Assembly (NCBI GenBank): GCA_963844195.1
Contig: CAWJNC010000004.1
Coordinates: 1,289,589-1,353,588 of the forward strand
Source of the DNA: an uncultured Pseudomonadota bacterium
GTDB taxonomy: Bacteria; Pseudomonadota; Gammaproteobacteria; Burkholderiales; Burkholderiaceae_E
Direction of reading: 5' to 3'
Length of the DNA stretch: 64,000 bases
The number at the start of each line of letters is the position of its first letter. Within the stretch, counting starts at the first letter, position 1. Below are positions 54,765 through 63,520 of this stretch, piece by piece. The notes beneath the pieces are model-generated. The model was not told where the DNA came from, searched no databases, and saw only the letters and a program-made list of their open reading frames with translations. The translations under genes were made by a program, and so were the position numbers.

Positions 54765-55519
54765 ATGGATTCCCCAGTAGAAATCAGGCAGGTTGCGTCG
54801 GTCTCCCGAGCGCTCCAGATCATCGAGTTGATGATCTCGACCCCGCCCACGAGCTAGGCGTGACCGAGATCGCGCGCGAACTGGGTGTCGTCAAGAGCAC
54901 CGCGCACCAGCTGCTTGCGACGCTGGCGGCGCATGGGTTTGTCGAGAACAACGGCACTTCGGGTCGTTACCGCCTGGGCGTGCGGGCAATGGAGGCCGGT
55001 GCGGTTGCATCGACTCAGGCGGGCCTGGGACCCTCCGTCCTGCCGCTGCTGGAAGCGCTGGTGGGCGAGGTGCACGAAACGTGTTCGATCGGTGTGTTGA
55101 TGGGCAACAGCGTCTCGCTCGTGCAGCGCGTAGAGGCCGAGTCCGTGCTCCGCGTGGATTTGAGGGTCGGCACGCAGTTGCCGATCCAGACATCCGCTAT
55201 CGGCCGGATCATCCTGGCCGAGATGCCGCAGGAGCGAAGGGAACAGATCCTGGACGCGCTGGACATGCCGAAGGCCGAGCGGCGCAAGACGGAAAAGGCC
55301 ATCGAGGTCGCTCGGGAGGAGGGCTGCGCGATCGTGCGCAACATTCCCGTCGAAGGCATCAGCGCCATCGCGGTTGCGGTGCGGACGTCGACGCAGGCAC
55401 CGCTGGCCGGCCTGGTGGTTGCCGCTCCGACTTTCCGATTCAACCCCGACGCATTCCGCAGCGCGTTGACGAGAACGGCGGGGTTGATCGCGGCGCGTGC
55501 CGAGCGCCGCCCGCGTTGA
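54765..55519 (+). pseudogene. IclR-family transcriptional regulator gene with one frameshift in the HTH-coding region
   Basis: ATG 54765 gives MDSPVEIRQVASVSRALQIIELMISTPPTS stop (frame of track 54651..). The rest, ELGVTEIARELGVVKSTAHQLLATLAAHGFVENNGTSGRYRLGVR...IclR effector domain, is in the frame of track 54743..55519. The junction is at the ccccgccc run near 54845. Confidence 0.7.
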
Positions 55520-55686
55520 TCTCAGGCGTTAACTGGTCCACCCTCACTTGCCGGCTCGGTAGCCAGCAGAACTGGTGAGGAACATGAAGGCTTGCTCGAC
55601 GTCCGGGCTTGCCGATAGTGCGCTTCATGTCGGGAGGCCCACCAGGCGCATCGACCGCTGGATACGACCAGACATCTCATAATGCT

Positions 55687-56200
55687 TCATCTCCCGGCAG
55701 CGCTTGCAGGACAGCCCAGTTCATCGATACCCACGTCGGGGTCACAGCGCATTCCCTCATTTCCGCAACAATGAGTGCGCCAAGCTAGTAGAAGGTGCTT
55801 GGCAGGTCGCCGCCATAGACCCCGAAGCCCTCCTTGGGGGGAGATATCTTTACTCTCGGGTTGATGCTGAGCAGGTAGCTCATGCCGGCCCATGTGGTCG
55901 CCATGCCGATGAGACATGACCACGAAATCGAGTTTGGCAAGATCCAAGCCTTTCGTTTTCGCATTTCGCGCAAGAACGTCGCCGTCTTTCCGGTGTCGAA
56001 CAGGATGCGCTTTCCGCCGACCTCGACCAGCGCGGCATATCCCAATCCGGCTGCATCTCGGGATTTCGACCGAAAGCGTCGTACAGGATGATGGGCACCG
56101 TTGGATCGAGGGAGGCGGCAGGCGCTTCAGACGGTTGCCAGGCAACGAGACAAAGGAGGGCGGCGCGCGCAGTGCCAGCCAGAACCGTCTTGAGGCTCAT
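55687..56200 (-). pseudogene. MBL-fold metallo-hydrolase gene, frameshifted at least twice and probably 3-prime truncated
   Basis: Three reverse frames contribute.
- MSLKTVLAGTARAALLCLVAWQPSEAPAASLDPTVPIILYDAFGRNPEMQPDW
- | GYAALVEVGGKRILFDTGK
- | DGDVLARNAKTKGLDLAKLDFVVMSHRHGDHMG (HxHxDH motif)
- | GMSYLLSINPRVKISPPKEGFGVYGGDLPSTFY. Confidence 0.6.
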
Positions 56201-56520
56201 CAAGTTCTCCTCGGCGTCCGAGATTCCGTGACCGCTTGGATCTGAACATACCTGACCGAGGCTTGCAATCGTCCTCTCTAGTGTCTTGCAACTTAGGTGA
56301 GTACTGCTGCCTACCTGAGACGATCTTCTGTTGGTTCTGCCGTGCTCGTCGCTCACGGTTAGGGAGCCGTGCTTGCTCAACTGTCACAGCGTGTTCGACG
56401 ATTTCATTGCCTCGCCCTGACCGTGCGATCAGACGAACGTAGAACCAGTTGGGCGAGCATTTCCACCAGCGTCTGCAGTAGCGCACCTTGGACGAAGACG
56501 CTCCGCCCGGCTGCGCCGGC

Positions 56521-57168
56521 TCAGGGCTTGCCGGAGCGAATTCCTTGCGCGAGATCCCGATCGGCGCTGAGTTCCTGCAGGATCTGAGGCAGGCGGTCCC
56601 TCACCGACGCTTGTTCCTCCTGGTAGAGGCTTCGGCCGTGCGCATCGATTGCGACGGTCACCGGACCCAGGCCCTCGACCCGCAATCGCACGAGGCGGTA
56701 GTGCATGAGCATGTCCGGCCAACCCACTTCGAGAACCTCACGTATAGCGCGCGTGTGAAGCGCCGCGCCACCGCCCAGAAAAGACAGGTAGACACATCCG
56801 GCGGCCCGCATCGCGCGCACGCAATGTTCGTCGAGGCCGCCTTTGCCCCCGATCGCGTGAAGCTGGAATCCCTCGATGAGCCGCGGCATATACGGATTGA
56901 ACCGGGTGCTCGTCGTGGGGTTGATGTAGAGAAGCTCGAGGCTGGCCCCGGATTCCCGGCTGTAGCTTCCGAGGTGGAAGATCGACGCCCCTTGCAACGC
57001 CATGGGCAGCGCTTCATCGCCGTCCAGGCAGCGCAGCAGCCGCTCGTGCGTCGGCATGCCGGCGGTTGCGACGATCTCGCCGTCGATAATCACCTGATCA
57101 CCGGCCTGCAGCGTCCGCGCGTCTGCGGCGGACAGCGGGAACGTCATCCGGTGTGTCTGGATGGTCAT
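56521..57168 (-). CDS. Fe-S hydro-lyase beta-type subunit (class I fumarate hydratase C-terminal domain / L(+)-tartrate dehydratase beta-like)
   Basis: Track ORF 56521..57267 is over-extended. ATG 57168 gives MTIQTHRMTFPLSAADARTLQAGDQVIIDGEIVATAGMPTHERL...AIGGKGGL..., the typical FumA_C pattern. It starts 1 nt after the alpha-subunit stop. Confidence 0.75.
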   Translation of the reverse strand: MTIQTHRMTFPLSAADARTLQAGDQVIIDGEIVATAGMPTHERLLRCLDGDEALPMALQGASIFHLGSYSRESGASLELLYINPTTSTRFNPYMPRLIEGFQLHAIGGKGGLDEHCVRAMRAAGCVYLSFLGGGAALHTRAIREVLEVGWPDMLMHYRLVRLRVEGLGPVTVAIDAHGRSLYQEEQASVRDRLPQILQELSADRDLAQGIRSGKP

Positions 57169-57169
57169 G

Positions 57170-58039
57170 TTATTCCAGCACCTCGACGCGTCCGGAGTTG
57201 TAGATCCGGGCGCGTGTGCGGCGATTGATCCAGCAGTTGAACGCGACGGCAACGGGCGTGAATCCATGGCCTGCGGCGTAGTTCACGTGTACCGCCATCG
57301 CGGTGCTGTCACCGCCCGTGCCCATGGGGCCGAAGCCCGTCTTGTTGACGGCGGCGATTAGGCGAGCCTCCATGTCCGCGACAATGCGCTCGGGGTGCGG
57401 CTCTCCGATGGGGCGCAGCGTGGCCTCTTTTGCCATCTTGGCCGCGTAATCGAACGTGCCTCCGATGCCGACACCGATGACGACAGGAGGGCAGGGCTGC
57501 GAGCCCGCCTTGATGACAGTATCGAGCACGAACCTTTCGATCGTCGCTAGGTCCGGAAAGGTGAAGATCTCGAGCGCCGCCCAGCGCCCGGAACCCAACG
57601 CCTTCGGCGAGCAGGTAATGTCGACATGATCGACGCCATCGACGAGATCGAACGTTACGATGGGCATTCCTTTGCCCCGGTAACCTCGCTCCAATGTCAA
57701 CGGGTTCGTGACGTGCGGCAACAGTGGAGGCCGGATCGACTCGACGAGTTCGGCGAAGCCGTCGGTGATCGCCTGTCGCACGTTGCCGCTGAACTGGGCT
57801 TGCGAGCCAATCCTGACGAAATACACCGGCACGCCGGCGTCCGAGCAGATGAACTGCTGCTTTTCTGTCGCAGTCTGCGCGCTTTGCAACATGATCCGCA
57901 GCGTATGCTTCGCCGTCTCGTTGGATTCGCGGGCATCGGCAGCCTGCAGCGCAGCACGCGTGTCAGCTGGGATCCCCCGCAACGAGCGGTCATACAGTCT
58001 CGCCGTCACATCCTTGACAAGTTCGTAGGTAATGGCCAT
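57170..58039 (-). CDS. Fe-S hydro-lyase alpha-type subunit (class I fumarate hydratase N-terminal domain / L(+)-tartrate dehydratase alpha-like)
   Basis: Intact 289-aa ORF: ...FICSDAGVPVYFVRIG...PPVVIGVGIGGTFDYAAKMAKEA...GPMGTGGDSTAMAV. These are characteristic Fumerase (N-terminal) domain blocks. ATGA overlap with the upstream dehydrogenase stop. Confidence 0.75.
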   Translation of the reverse strand: MAITYELVKDVTARLYDRSLRGIPADTRAALQAADARESNETAKHTLRIMLQSAQTATEKQQFICSDAGVPVYFVRIGSQAQFSGNVRQAITDGFAELVESIRPPLLPHVTNPLTLERGYRGKGMPIVTFDLVDGVDHVDITCSPKALGSGRWAALEIFTFPDLATIERFVLDTVIKAGSQPCPPVVIGVGIGGTFDYAAKMAKEATLRPIGEPHPERIVADMEARLIAAVNKTGFGPMGTGGDSTAMAVHVNYAAGHGFTPVAVAFNCWINRRTRARIYNSGRVEVLE

Positions 58040-59016
58040 CAGCGGTCGTACACCTCGGGGTTGATGAGTCCCGACGGACGTTCGCCCTTCAACGCGGCGA
58101 TGATGCTGGTCACCGCAGACATCGCCACCCGGTCCATCGATTCGCGTGAGAACGTGGCCATGTGGGGCGTGACGATGATGCCGGGCACGCCGATCAGCGG
58201 GCTCGGACTCTTGACACCTTGGACGCGCAGTACGTCCACCGCGGCCCCACGCAGGCGCCCGTCACGCACGGCCCCGGCCAGTGCTGCCTCGTCGATGAGG
58301 CCGCCTCGCGACGTGTTGACCAGATAAGCCTCCGGCTTCATCAGCGCCAAGGTCCGCTCGTTGATGAGATTCTCCGTTTCAGGTGTGAGAGGTGCGTGCA
58401 GGGAGACGAAATCCGCCTGCCGCAGCGCGTCGTCGAACGAGGCGAACGTGATGCCGTGCGCCTCGGCGAACGCGTAGTCAGGGTTGCGACTCACCGCGAG
58501 GACGCGCATATCGAAACCGCTCGCCCTCCGGGCGACCGCCCTGCCGATGCGGCCGAGGCCGACTATGGCCAGCGACTTGCGCCACACCTCCGTCCCCGTG
58601 ACGCGATTCCAACGATGGTCCTGGACGCTCTGCGCGGCGGACATGATCGATCTTGCGCCCATCAGGAGCAGGCCCATGGTGAAGTCAGCGACACTTTGAT
58701 CGTTGGCGCCCGCGGCGATTGTCACGGCGACACCCTTGCGCGTCGCCGCGGGAACGTCGACCGTGTCGTAACCGACGCCCGGGCGGGCAATGATCCGCAG
58801 GCGTCTTGCCGCGTCGAGAAACCGACTCGAGACCGGTTCCATCGCGAAGATCAGCCCAGCGGCGTCACTCGACCGCTCGATCAGCCAGCGCTCGTCGATG
58901 GCCAGGGGCGTCGTTTCGCACTCCACTTCGCATCCCGCGTCGATCAAACGCTGTATCGCCGCCGGCGATTCCTTCACGGACGCCGCCGTGATCAGCACTT
59001 TACCCAGCGTACTCAT
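58039..59016 (-). CDS. D-isomer-specific 2-hydroxyacid dehydrogenase family protein
   Basis: Intact 325-aa ORF. It has the NAD motif IVGLGRIGRAVARR, plus LVNTSRGGLIDEAAL...AAVDVL and VTPHMA. Confidence 0.85.
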   Translation of the reverse strand: MSTLGKVLITAASVKESPAAIQRLIDAGCEVECETTPLAIDERWLIERSSDAAGLIFAMEPVSSRFLDAARRLRIIARPGVGYDTVDVPAATRKGVAVTIAAGANDQSVADFTMGLLLMGARSIMSAAQSVQDHRWNRVTGTEVWRKSLAIVGLGRIGRAVARRASGFDMRVLAVSRNPDYAFAEAHGITFASFDDALRQADFVSLHAPLTPETENLINERTLALMKPEAYLVNTSRGGLIDEAALAGAVRDGRLRGAAVDVLRVQGVKSPSPLIGVPGIIVTPHMATFSRESMDRVAMSAVTSIIAALKGERPSGLINPEVYDR

Positions 59017-59052
59017 GCTTGGGGGTCGGGAGACCGCCGCGGGACGGGGCCG

Positions 59053-60027
59053 CTATTCGAGCCTGACACCCGCGGCCTTGGCCAGCGCGGTCCAGCGAGT
59101 CGATTCGCTGCGGATGAACGTGCCGAACTCCGCCGGCGTTCCACCATTGGGCTGCAAGCCTTGTTCGGCAACGAAAGCCTTGCCTTCAGGGCTCGACAGT
59201 ATCGCGTTGACGGTGGCATTCAGCCGGATCACGATGTCGGGGGCTGTCTTGGACGGCGCCAGCAAGCCGTACCAGGTGCTGACGAGCGCGCCTGGGTAGC
59301 CGGCTTCGGCTGTCGTCGGGGTGTCCGGAAGGACGTCGATGCGCGCCGGCGTTCCGACCGTCAATACCCGCAGCTTGCCGCTTTTCACGTAAGGCAGCAC
59401 CACCGGGACGTCTGCAAACATCACGCCGGCCGTGCCGCCGATGACGTCGGTAAGGGCCGGCGCCGCACCGCGATAAGGGACGTGAACCATGTCGATACCC
59501 GCTTCGCGTTTCAGGAGTTCGGATCCGAGTTGCGTCGTCGTGCCCACGCCCGCGCTGGCAAAGCTGAGCTTGCCCGGATTCGCCTTGGCATACGTCACAA
59601 GATCGGCAAGCTTTTCGAACTTGCTCGTGGACGCGGTGACCAGCACGGTCGGAGCCGTCGCGAACCGTACGACGGGTACGAGATCCTTGTCCGGGTCATA
59701 GGGAGGCTTTTCGGCGATGTAGGGTGCGATCGCGATGGCTCCTACCGATGAGAAGAGCAGTGTGTATCCATCGGCGGGCGCCGTCACCACGGCCTGCGTG
59801 CCGATGAGCCCGCCGGCACCACCCTTGTTGTCGATGACAACCGGCTGCCCGAGCGTTGCGCTCAGCTTGTTGCCAAGCCAGCGTGCCATGCTGTCGGCCG
59901 GGCCGCCTGCCGCGAACGGCACGACCAGGCGGATGGGCTTGGATGGATAGGATTGCGCTTGCGCTTGCGCCTGGGCGAAGAGTGTCAGCGTCAACGAGGC
60001 GATGAGCGATACGACACGGTGCTTCAT
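59053..60027 (-). CDS. Bug/TctC-family substrate-binding protein
   Basis: Track ORF 59053..60087. ATG 60027 gives MKHRVVSLIASLTLTLFAQAQAQAQSYPSKPIRLVVPFAAGGPADSMARW. The signal peptide ends in (AQ)4, encoded by (TTGCGC)3 on the plus strand at 59953-59970. Confidence 0.85.
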   Translation of the reverse strand: MKHRVVSLIASLTLTLFAQAQAQAQSYPSKPIRLVVPFAAGGPADSMARWLGNKLSATLGQPVVIDNKGGAGGLIGTQAVVTAPADGYTLLFSSVGAIAIAPYIAEKPPYDPDKDLVPVVRFATAPTVLVTASTSKFEKLADLVTYAKANPGKLSFASAGVGTTTQLGSELLKREAGIDMVHVPYRGAAPALTDVIGGTAGVMFADVPVVLPYVKSGKLRVLTVGTPARIDVLPDTPTTAEAGYPGALVSTWYGLLAPSKTAPDIVIRLNATVNAILSSPEGKAFVAEQGLQPNGGTPAEFGTFIRSESTRWTALAKAAGVRLE

Positions 60028-60044
60028 GAAGTGTCTCCTGATGA

Positions 60045-61022
60045 TTAGTCGACGGTAGCGCCGGATGCCTTTACGACCTTGCTCCACTTCGCGGTGTCGC
60101 TCCTGATGATGCCAGCGAATTCGGCCGGCGTGGAATGAAGCGGTTCGATTCCCGATTTCGCCAGCAGCGCTTTCATCTCCGGTGCGCTCATGACGCTGCC
60201 GATCTCGCTGTTGAGACGAGCGATCAAATCGGAAGGCGTGCCGGCGGGGGCCAGCACGCCGAGCCAGATCGACACGTCGTAGCCGGGCAGTCCGGACTCG
60301 CCGATGGTGGGCACGTCCGGCAGATTGGGTGCGCGCTTTGAACCGGTTACACCTAGTGCGCGCAGCTTGCCCGCGCTAACGTTCTCGACATGCACCGATA
60401 CGGTGTCGATCATCATCGAGATGCGGCCGGTGAGGAGGTCAGTTAGCGCTGGACCCGTGCCCTTGTAGGGCACGTGCGTGATGGCCACCCCAGCCATCAA
60501 CTTGAAGAGCTCCCCGGACAAGTGGCTCGACGTACCGTTACCCGCCGAGCCGAAAGTCAGCTTGTCCGGGTTCGCCTTGGCGTACGCAATGAGTTCCTGG
60601 ACGTTCTTCGCAGGTACGGATGGATGCACGACCAGCATGTTCGCCGTCGCATGCGTGAGGCTGACCGGGACGAAGCTCTTGGCGGGGTCGTACCTCAGCG
60701 ACTTGTACAGCGAGGGGTTGATCGCGAGCACGCCCATCGTCGAGAAGAGCAAGGTGTAGCCGTCGGGGGCCGCGGTCGCGACGGCTTCTGCACCGACGGA
60801 GCCACCGGCGCCACCTCGGTTGTCGACCACGACTGTCTGTCCGATACCTTCGCCAAGCTTCTGGGCCAGCCCGCGCGCCATGAAGTCAGTGGCGCCGCCA
60901 GCGGGAAACGGCACGACCAGCCGGATCGGCCTTTCCGGATAGGCAGCCGGCGCCAGGGGGGCGAAACTGGTCACGGTCACAGCTGTCGCAAGCACCAGCG
61001 CGCGGCAGATCAAGTGGATCAT
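60045..61022 (-). CDS. Bug/TctC-family substrate-binding protein
   Basis: Track ORF 60045..61148. ATG 61022 gives MIHLICRALVLATAVTVTSFAPLAPAAYPERPIRLVVPFPAGGATDFMARG. Confidence 0.85.
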   Translation of the reverse strand: MIHLICRALVLATAVTVTSFAPLAPAAYPERPIRLVVPFPAGGATDFMARGLAQKLGEGIGQTVVVDNRGGAGGSVGAEAVATAAPDGYTLLFSTMGVLAINPSLYKSLRYDPAKSFVPVSLTHATANMLVVHPSVPAKNVQELIAYAKANPDKLTFGSAGNGTSSHLSGELFKLMAGVAITHVPYKGTGPALTDLLTGRISMMIDTVSVHVENVSAGKLRALGVTGSKRAPNLPDVPTIGESGLPGYDVSIWLGVLAPAGTPSDLIARLNSEIGSVMSAPEMKALLAKSGIEPLHSTPAEFAGIIRSDTAKWSKVVKASGATVD

Positions 61023-61207
61023 GAGGAGACTGCCGAAGGTTCGTGTTGAAGGCTGCAGTCTAGGCGCGGAGGCGATGGCTGGCGAGTTGGGGCGCCCACA
61101 AAGCTGACTTGCGGTCTTCGACATCTCCGCTCGTCTGCCTTCCGGCACCCACGTAGACTGATCGGTCGCGTCGCCGGATTGCTGCGCTCAGTGGCTGTCT
61201 CGGTCCG

Positions 61208-61545
61208 ATGGGGGCCAGCAATTTCGCAGCGCAGCCTGGGCACGTTCAGGTATCCGACGCCCCTTATGCCGATGCGCTGGAGCGGTTCGGCGAGTGCAGG
61301 CTGGTCGAGCTCACGGCATACAATACGATAGTCGCGATGACGCTCAACGCCCACGAGATTCCGCTTCCCGAGGGCGACCGCCCGCCTTCCCGCTGCCCCA
61401 GAAGGCCATGCTCCCGGCCGGCGGCGCGGCCGACGTCATAGCGCGTGACATGGCCAAGCGACCAGGCGAGGAATTGGGTCGGAAGGTGATCATCGACAAT
61501 CGCGGGAGCGCCCGCGGCATCACAGTGTCTCTCAACGTCCGGTAA
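61208..61545 (+). pseudogene. two gene stumps: a CMD/AhpD-like C-terminal fragment followed by a Bug-family N-terminal fragment
   Basis: Track 61208..61441 reads ...APYADALERFGECRLVELTAYNTIVAMTLNAHEIPLPEG (CMD-family C-terminal pattern). Track 61294..61545 reads ...FPLPQKAMLPAGGAADVIARDMAKRPGEELGRKVIIDNRGSARG (the Bug (V)PF.AGG..D...R block), ending in a stop after ~50 codons. Confidence 0.35.
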
Positions 61546-62056
61546 AGACCGGAGGGCGCTTTTCCCTGAACGCAAGTTGCGCTTCCTTCGCGTCCTCTGT
61601 CTTGGCAATCTGGGCAGTCATGTCCTGTTCGTAGCGATATCCGTCCCGCAGGCTCATGTCCTCGATGGTGTTCAACGTGTGCTTGATCATTCGGGACGAG
61701 ATAGGACTCTTGGTCGCGATCGTCTTCGCCAACTCCAGCGAGGCAGGCATCAGCTCCTCCTGTGAGGTACATGCCTCGACGATGCCCAGGCGAAGGAGCT
61801 CAGGTCCCGGGATCCGGTAGCCGGTGAGTGCCATCCTGCGCAGGCGTGAATGGCTGAACAGGCGCATTGCGTGTCGGCACCCACCCAGGAGCCCGACGTC
61901 CACCTCTGGCATACCCAGATAGGCATTTTCTGAGGCAATCAGGATGTCTGCTGAGGCGACCATTGCAAGCCCCGAGCCGAGCGCAGCTCCGTTGATCGCA
62001 GCGATCACCGGCTTGGCGCACTCACGGATGGCGTGGAAGCACTCGATCTTACAAGG
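61532..62056 (-). pseudogene. enoyl-CoA hydratase/isomerase (crotonase) gene lacking its 5-prime ~90 codons
   Basis: Track ORF 61532..62008 plus upstream codons read ...IECFHAIRECAKPVIAAINGAALGSGLAMVASADILIASENAYLGMPEVDVGLLGG...EAQLAFREKRPPVFTGR. The crotonase oxyanion-hole region is present. The homology starts abruptly about 10 nt from the stop of the Bug gene at 62067, so there is no N-terminal part and no start codon. Confidence 0.65.
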
Positions 62057-62066
62057 ACACCCTCGG

Positions 62067-63062
62067 TCAGGATTCCGCCGTGAATCCGATCTCCTTCACG
62101 ATCGGCCGCCACTCGTCGATGCCGCTGCGGATCATCTTGTCAAATTCCGCCGGCGAGCTGGACACCGGGTCCAGGCCCATCTGGGCAATACCGGCCAGGT
62201 AGTCCGGCGTCTTGACGACCGACTGGATCGCGCTCGCGAGCCGCTGGACTGCGTCGGGTGCCGCCTTCCCAGGAAGGAAGATGCCGAACCACTCGGCGTA
62301 TTCAAGCTCCTTGAAGCCCTGCTCAGTGTAGGTCGGCACATCAGGCATGAAGGTGCTCCGTGCAGCGCCTGAAGTCGCCAGCATTCGCACTTTGCCGGTA
62401 CCGAGATGCGGCAGGAACTCACCGACCGGCGCCGACACCGCGGGCAGTTGCCCGCCCATCATGTCTATCAGCGCCGGCTGCGACCCACGGAAGGCCACGT
62501 GCTGGAACTCGAACCCCCCTGCGCGCCCAAGCAGTACGCCCAGGAAGTGCGGCACGGAGCCTGCAGCCGGGCTGCCATAGTTGGCTTGTGTCCGGTTGGC
62601 TTTGCACCAGGCGATGAATTCCTGCACCGTCCGAACCGTGGCCGGCACAGCGGGGCCCACACCCAGCCCGAAAGCGGTTTGGCACGCCGTTGACACCGGC
62701 TGCAGGTCTACCAGCGGATCGTAGGACAGCTTCTTGTAGATGTGCGGGTAGATCGTGATCATCGAGGCGGGCGTAAGCAGCAACGTACTGCCGTCGGCGG
62801 GGGCGATGCGCATCTGCTCGATCGCCAGTCGGCCACCGGCGCCTGCCCGGTTCTCGACCACCCCAGTCTTGGCATAGCCCGCTCGCAGGCCTTCGGCGAT
62901 GCGGCGGGAGACGTTGTCGGTCGTGCCCCCAGGGGAGAAGCCGACCAGCACCCGGGCGGTTTCGATCCCCGATTGGGCACGAGCGGCTGATGCCAGCCCA
63001 AGCGCATGCAGGGCGGCCAGGCTGCCGACACCCTGTACAAAGTCACGCCGATTCACTTTCAT
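62067..63062 (-). CDS. Bug/TctC-family substrate-binding protein (Tat-like signal)
   Basis: This is the C-terminal 331 codons of track ORF 62067..63434. ATG 63062 gives MKVNRRDFVQGVGSLAALHALGLASAARAQ, followed by a Bug-like body (ARVLVGFSPGGTTDNVSRRI...). The upstream part of the track ORF is read-through of the GST remnant. Confidence 0.8.
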   Translation of the reverse strand: MKVNRRDFVQGVGSLAALHALGLASAARAQSGIETARVLVGFSPGGTTDNVSRRIAEGLRAGYAKTGVVENRAGAGGRLAIEQMRIAPADGSTLLLTPASMITIYPHIYKKLSYDPLVDLQPVSTACQTAFGLGVGPAVPATVRTVQEFIAWCKANRTQANYGSPAAGSVPHFLGVLLGRAGGFEFQHVAFRGSQPALIDMMGGQLPAVSAPVGEFLPHLGTGKVRMLATSGAARSTFMPDVPTYTEQGFKELEYAEWFGIFLPGKAAPDAVQRLASAIQSVVKTPDYLAGIAQMGLDPVSSSPAEFDKMIRSGIDEWRPIVKEIGFTAES

Positions 63063-63480
63063 GTGTTCTCCTTGTGGAGCGGATCGATGCTCGTGATAGG
63101 TGGAAGAGGGAAGGATGAACGGGTTGTGGCCAGGCGCGGGGCGATCCTTGGCCAGTTCAAGGCGCCGAAGCGATAGTCCAGGTAGCCTAGAGCGCAACCG
63201 ACGGCAACGTGGCCAATCGAGAAAGGCACTTCGTTCAGCGCCTGCGCTTCGTCGTCGAGCTGCTTCAGGCAGGCCCGTGTCTTCGAACAGCGGAAAGCCA
63301 TCGTCAAGGACCAGAGTCGGAATCTTGGAGAGCGGGTTGTCCTGCATGAGGCGCGGGTTCGGCTTGAGCATCGCCGCTACCGACCGGACAAGCTCCAGTC
63401 GCTCAGCAAGCCCGAGCTCCTGGGCGCTGATCATGACTTTTGCGCACGTAGGGCGACTTGGGTGACCAGTAAAGTTTCAT
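63059..63480 (-). pseudogene. glutathione S-transferase gene remnant (frameshifts plus an internal deletion)
   Basis: The stitched reading is as follows.
- ATG 63480: MKLYWSPKSPYVRK
- | (extra A in the aaaa run near 63437) VMISAQELGLAERLELVRSVAAMLKPNPRLMQDNPLSKIPTLVLDDGFPLF (thioredoxin-like GST N-domain)
- | LKQLDDEAQALNEVPFSIGHVAVGCALGYLDYRFGALNWPRIAPRLA...stop (63061-59; ATGA-coupled to the Bug start)
Only about 140 codons remain, against about 200 expected. Confidence 0.6.
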
Positions 63481-63520
63481 GGTGTCCTCGATGGCACGTC
63501 GTCAGGGGCTACGACCAGAT

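Noticed and set aside
59953-59970. The (TTGCGC)3 hexanucleotide repeat and the T8 run at 23564-23571 considered as phase-variation switches.
   Set aside because: The hexamer repeat is in frame and simply encodes the AQAQAQ end of a signal peptide. The T8 run encodes Lys-Lys (RKKID) inside an intact CMD gene. Neither is at a promoter, and there is no evidence of length heterogeneity.
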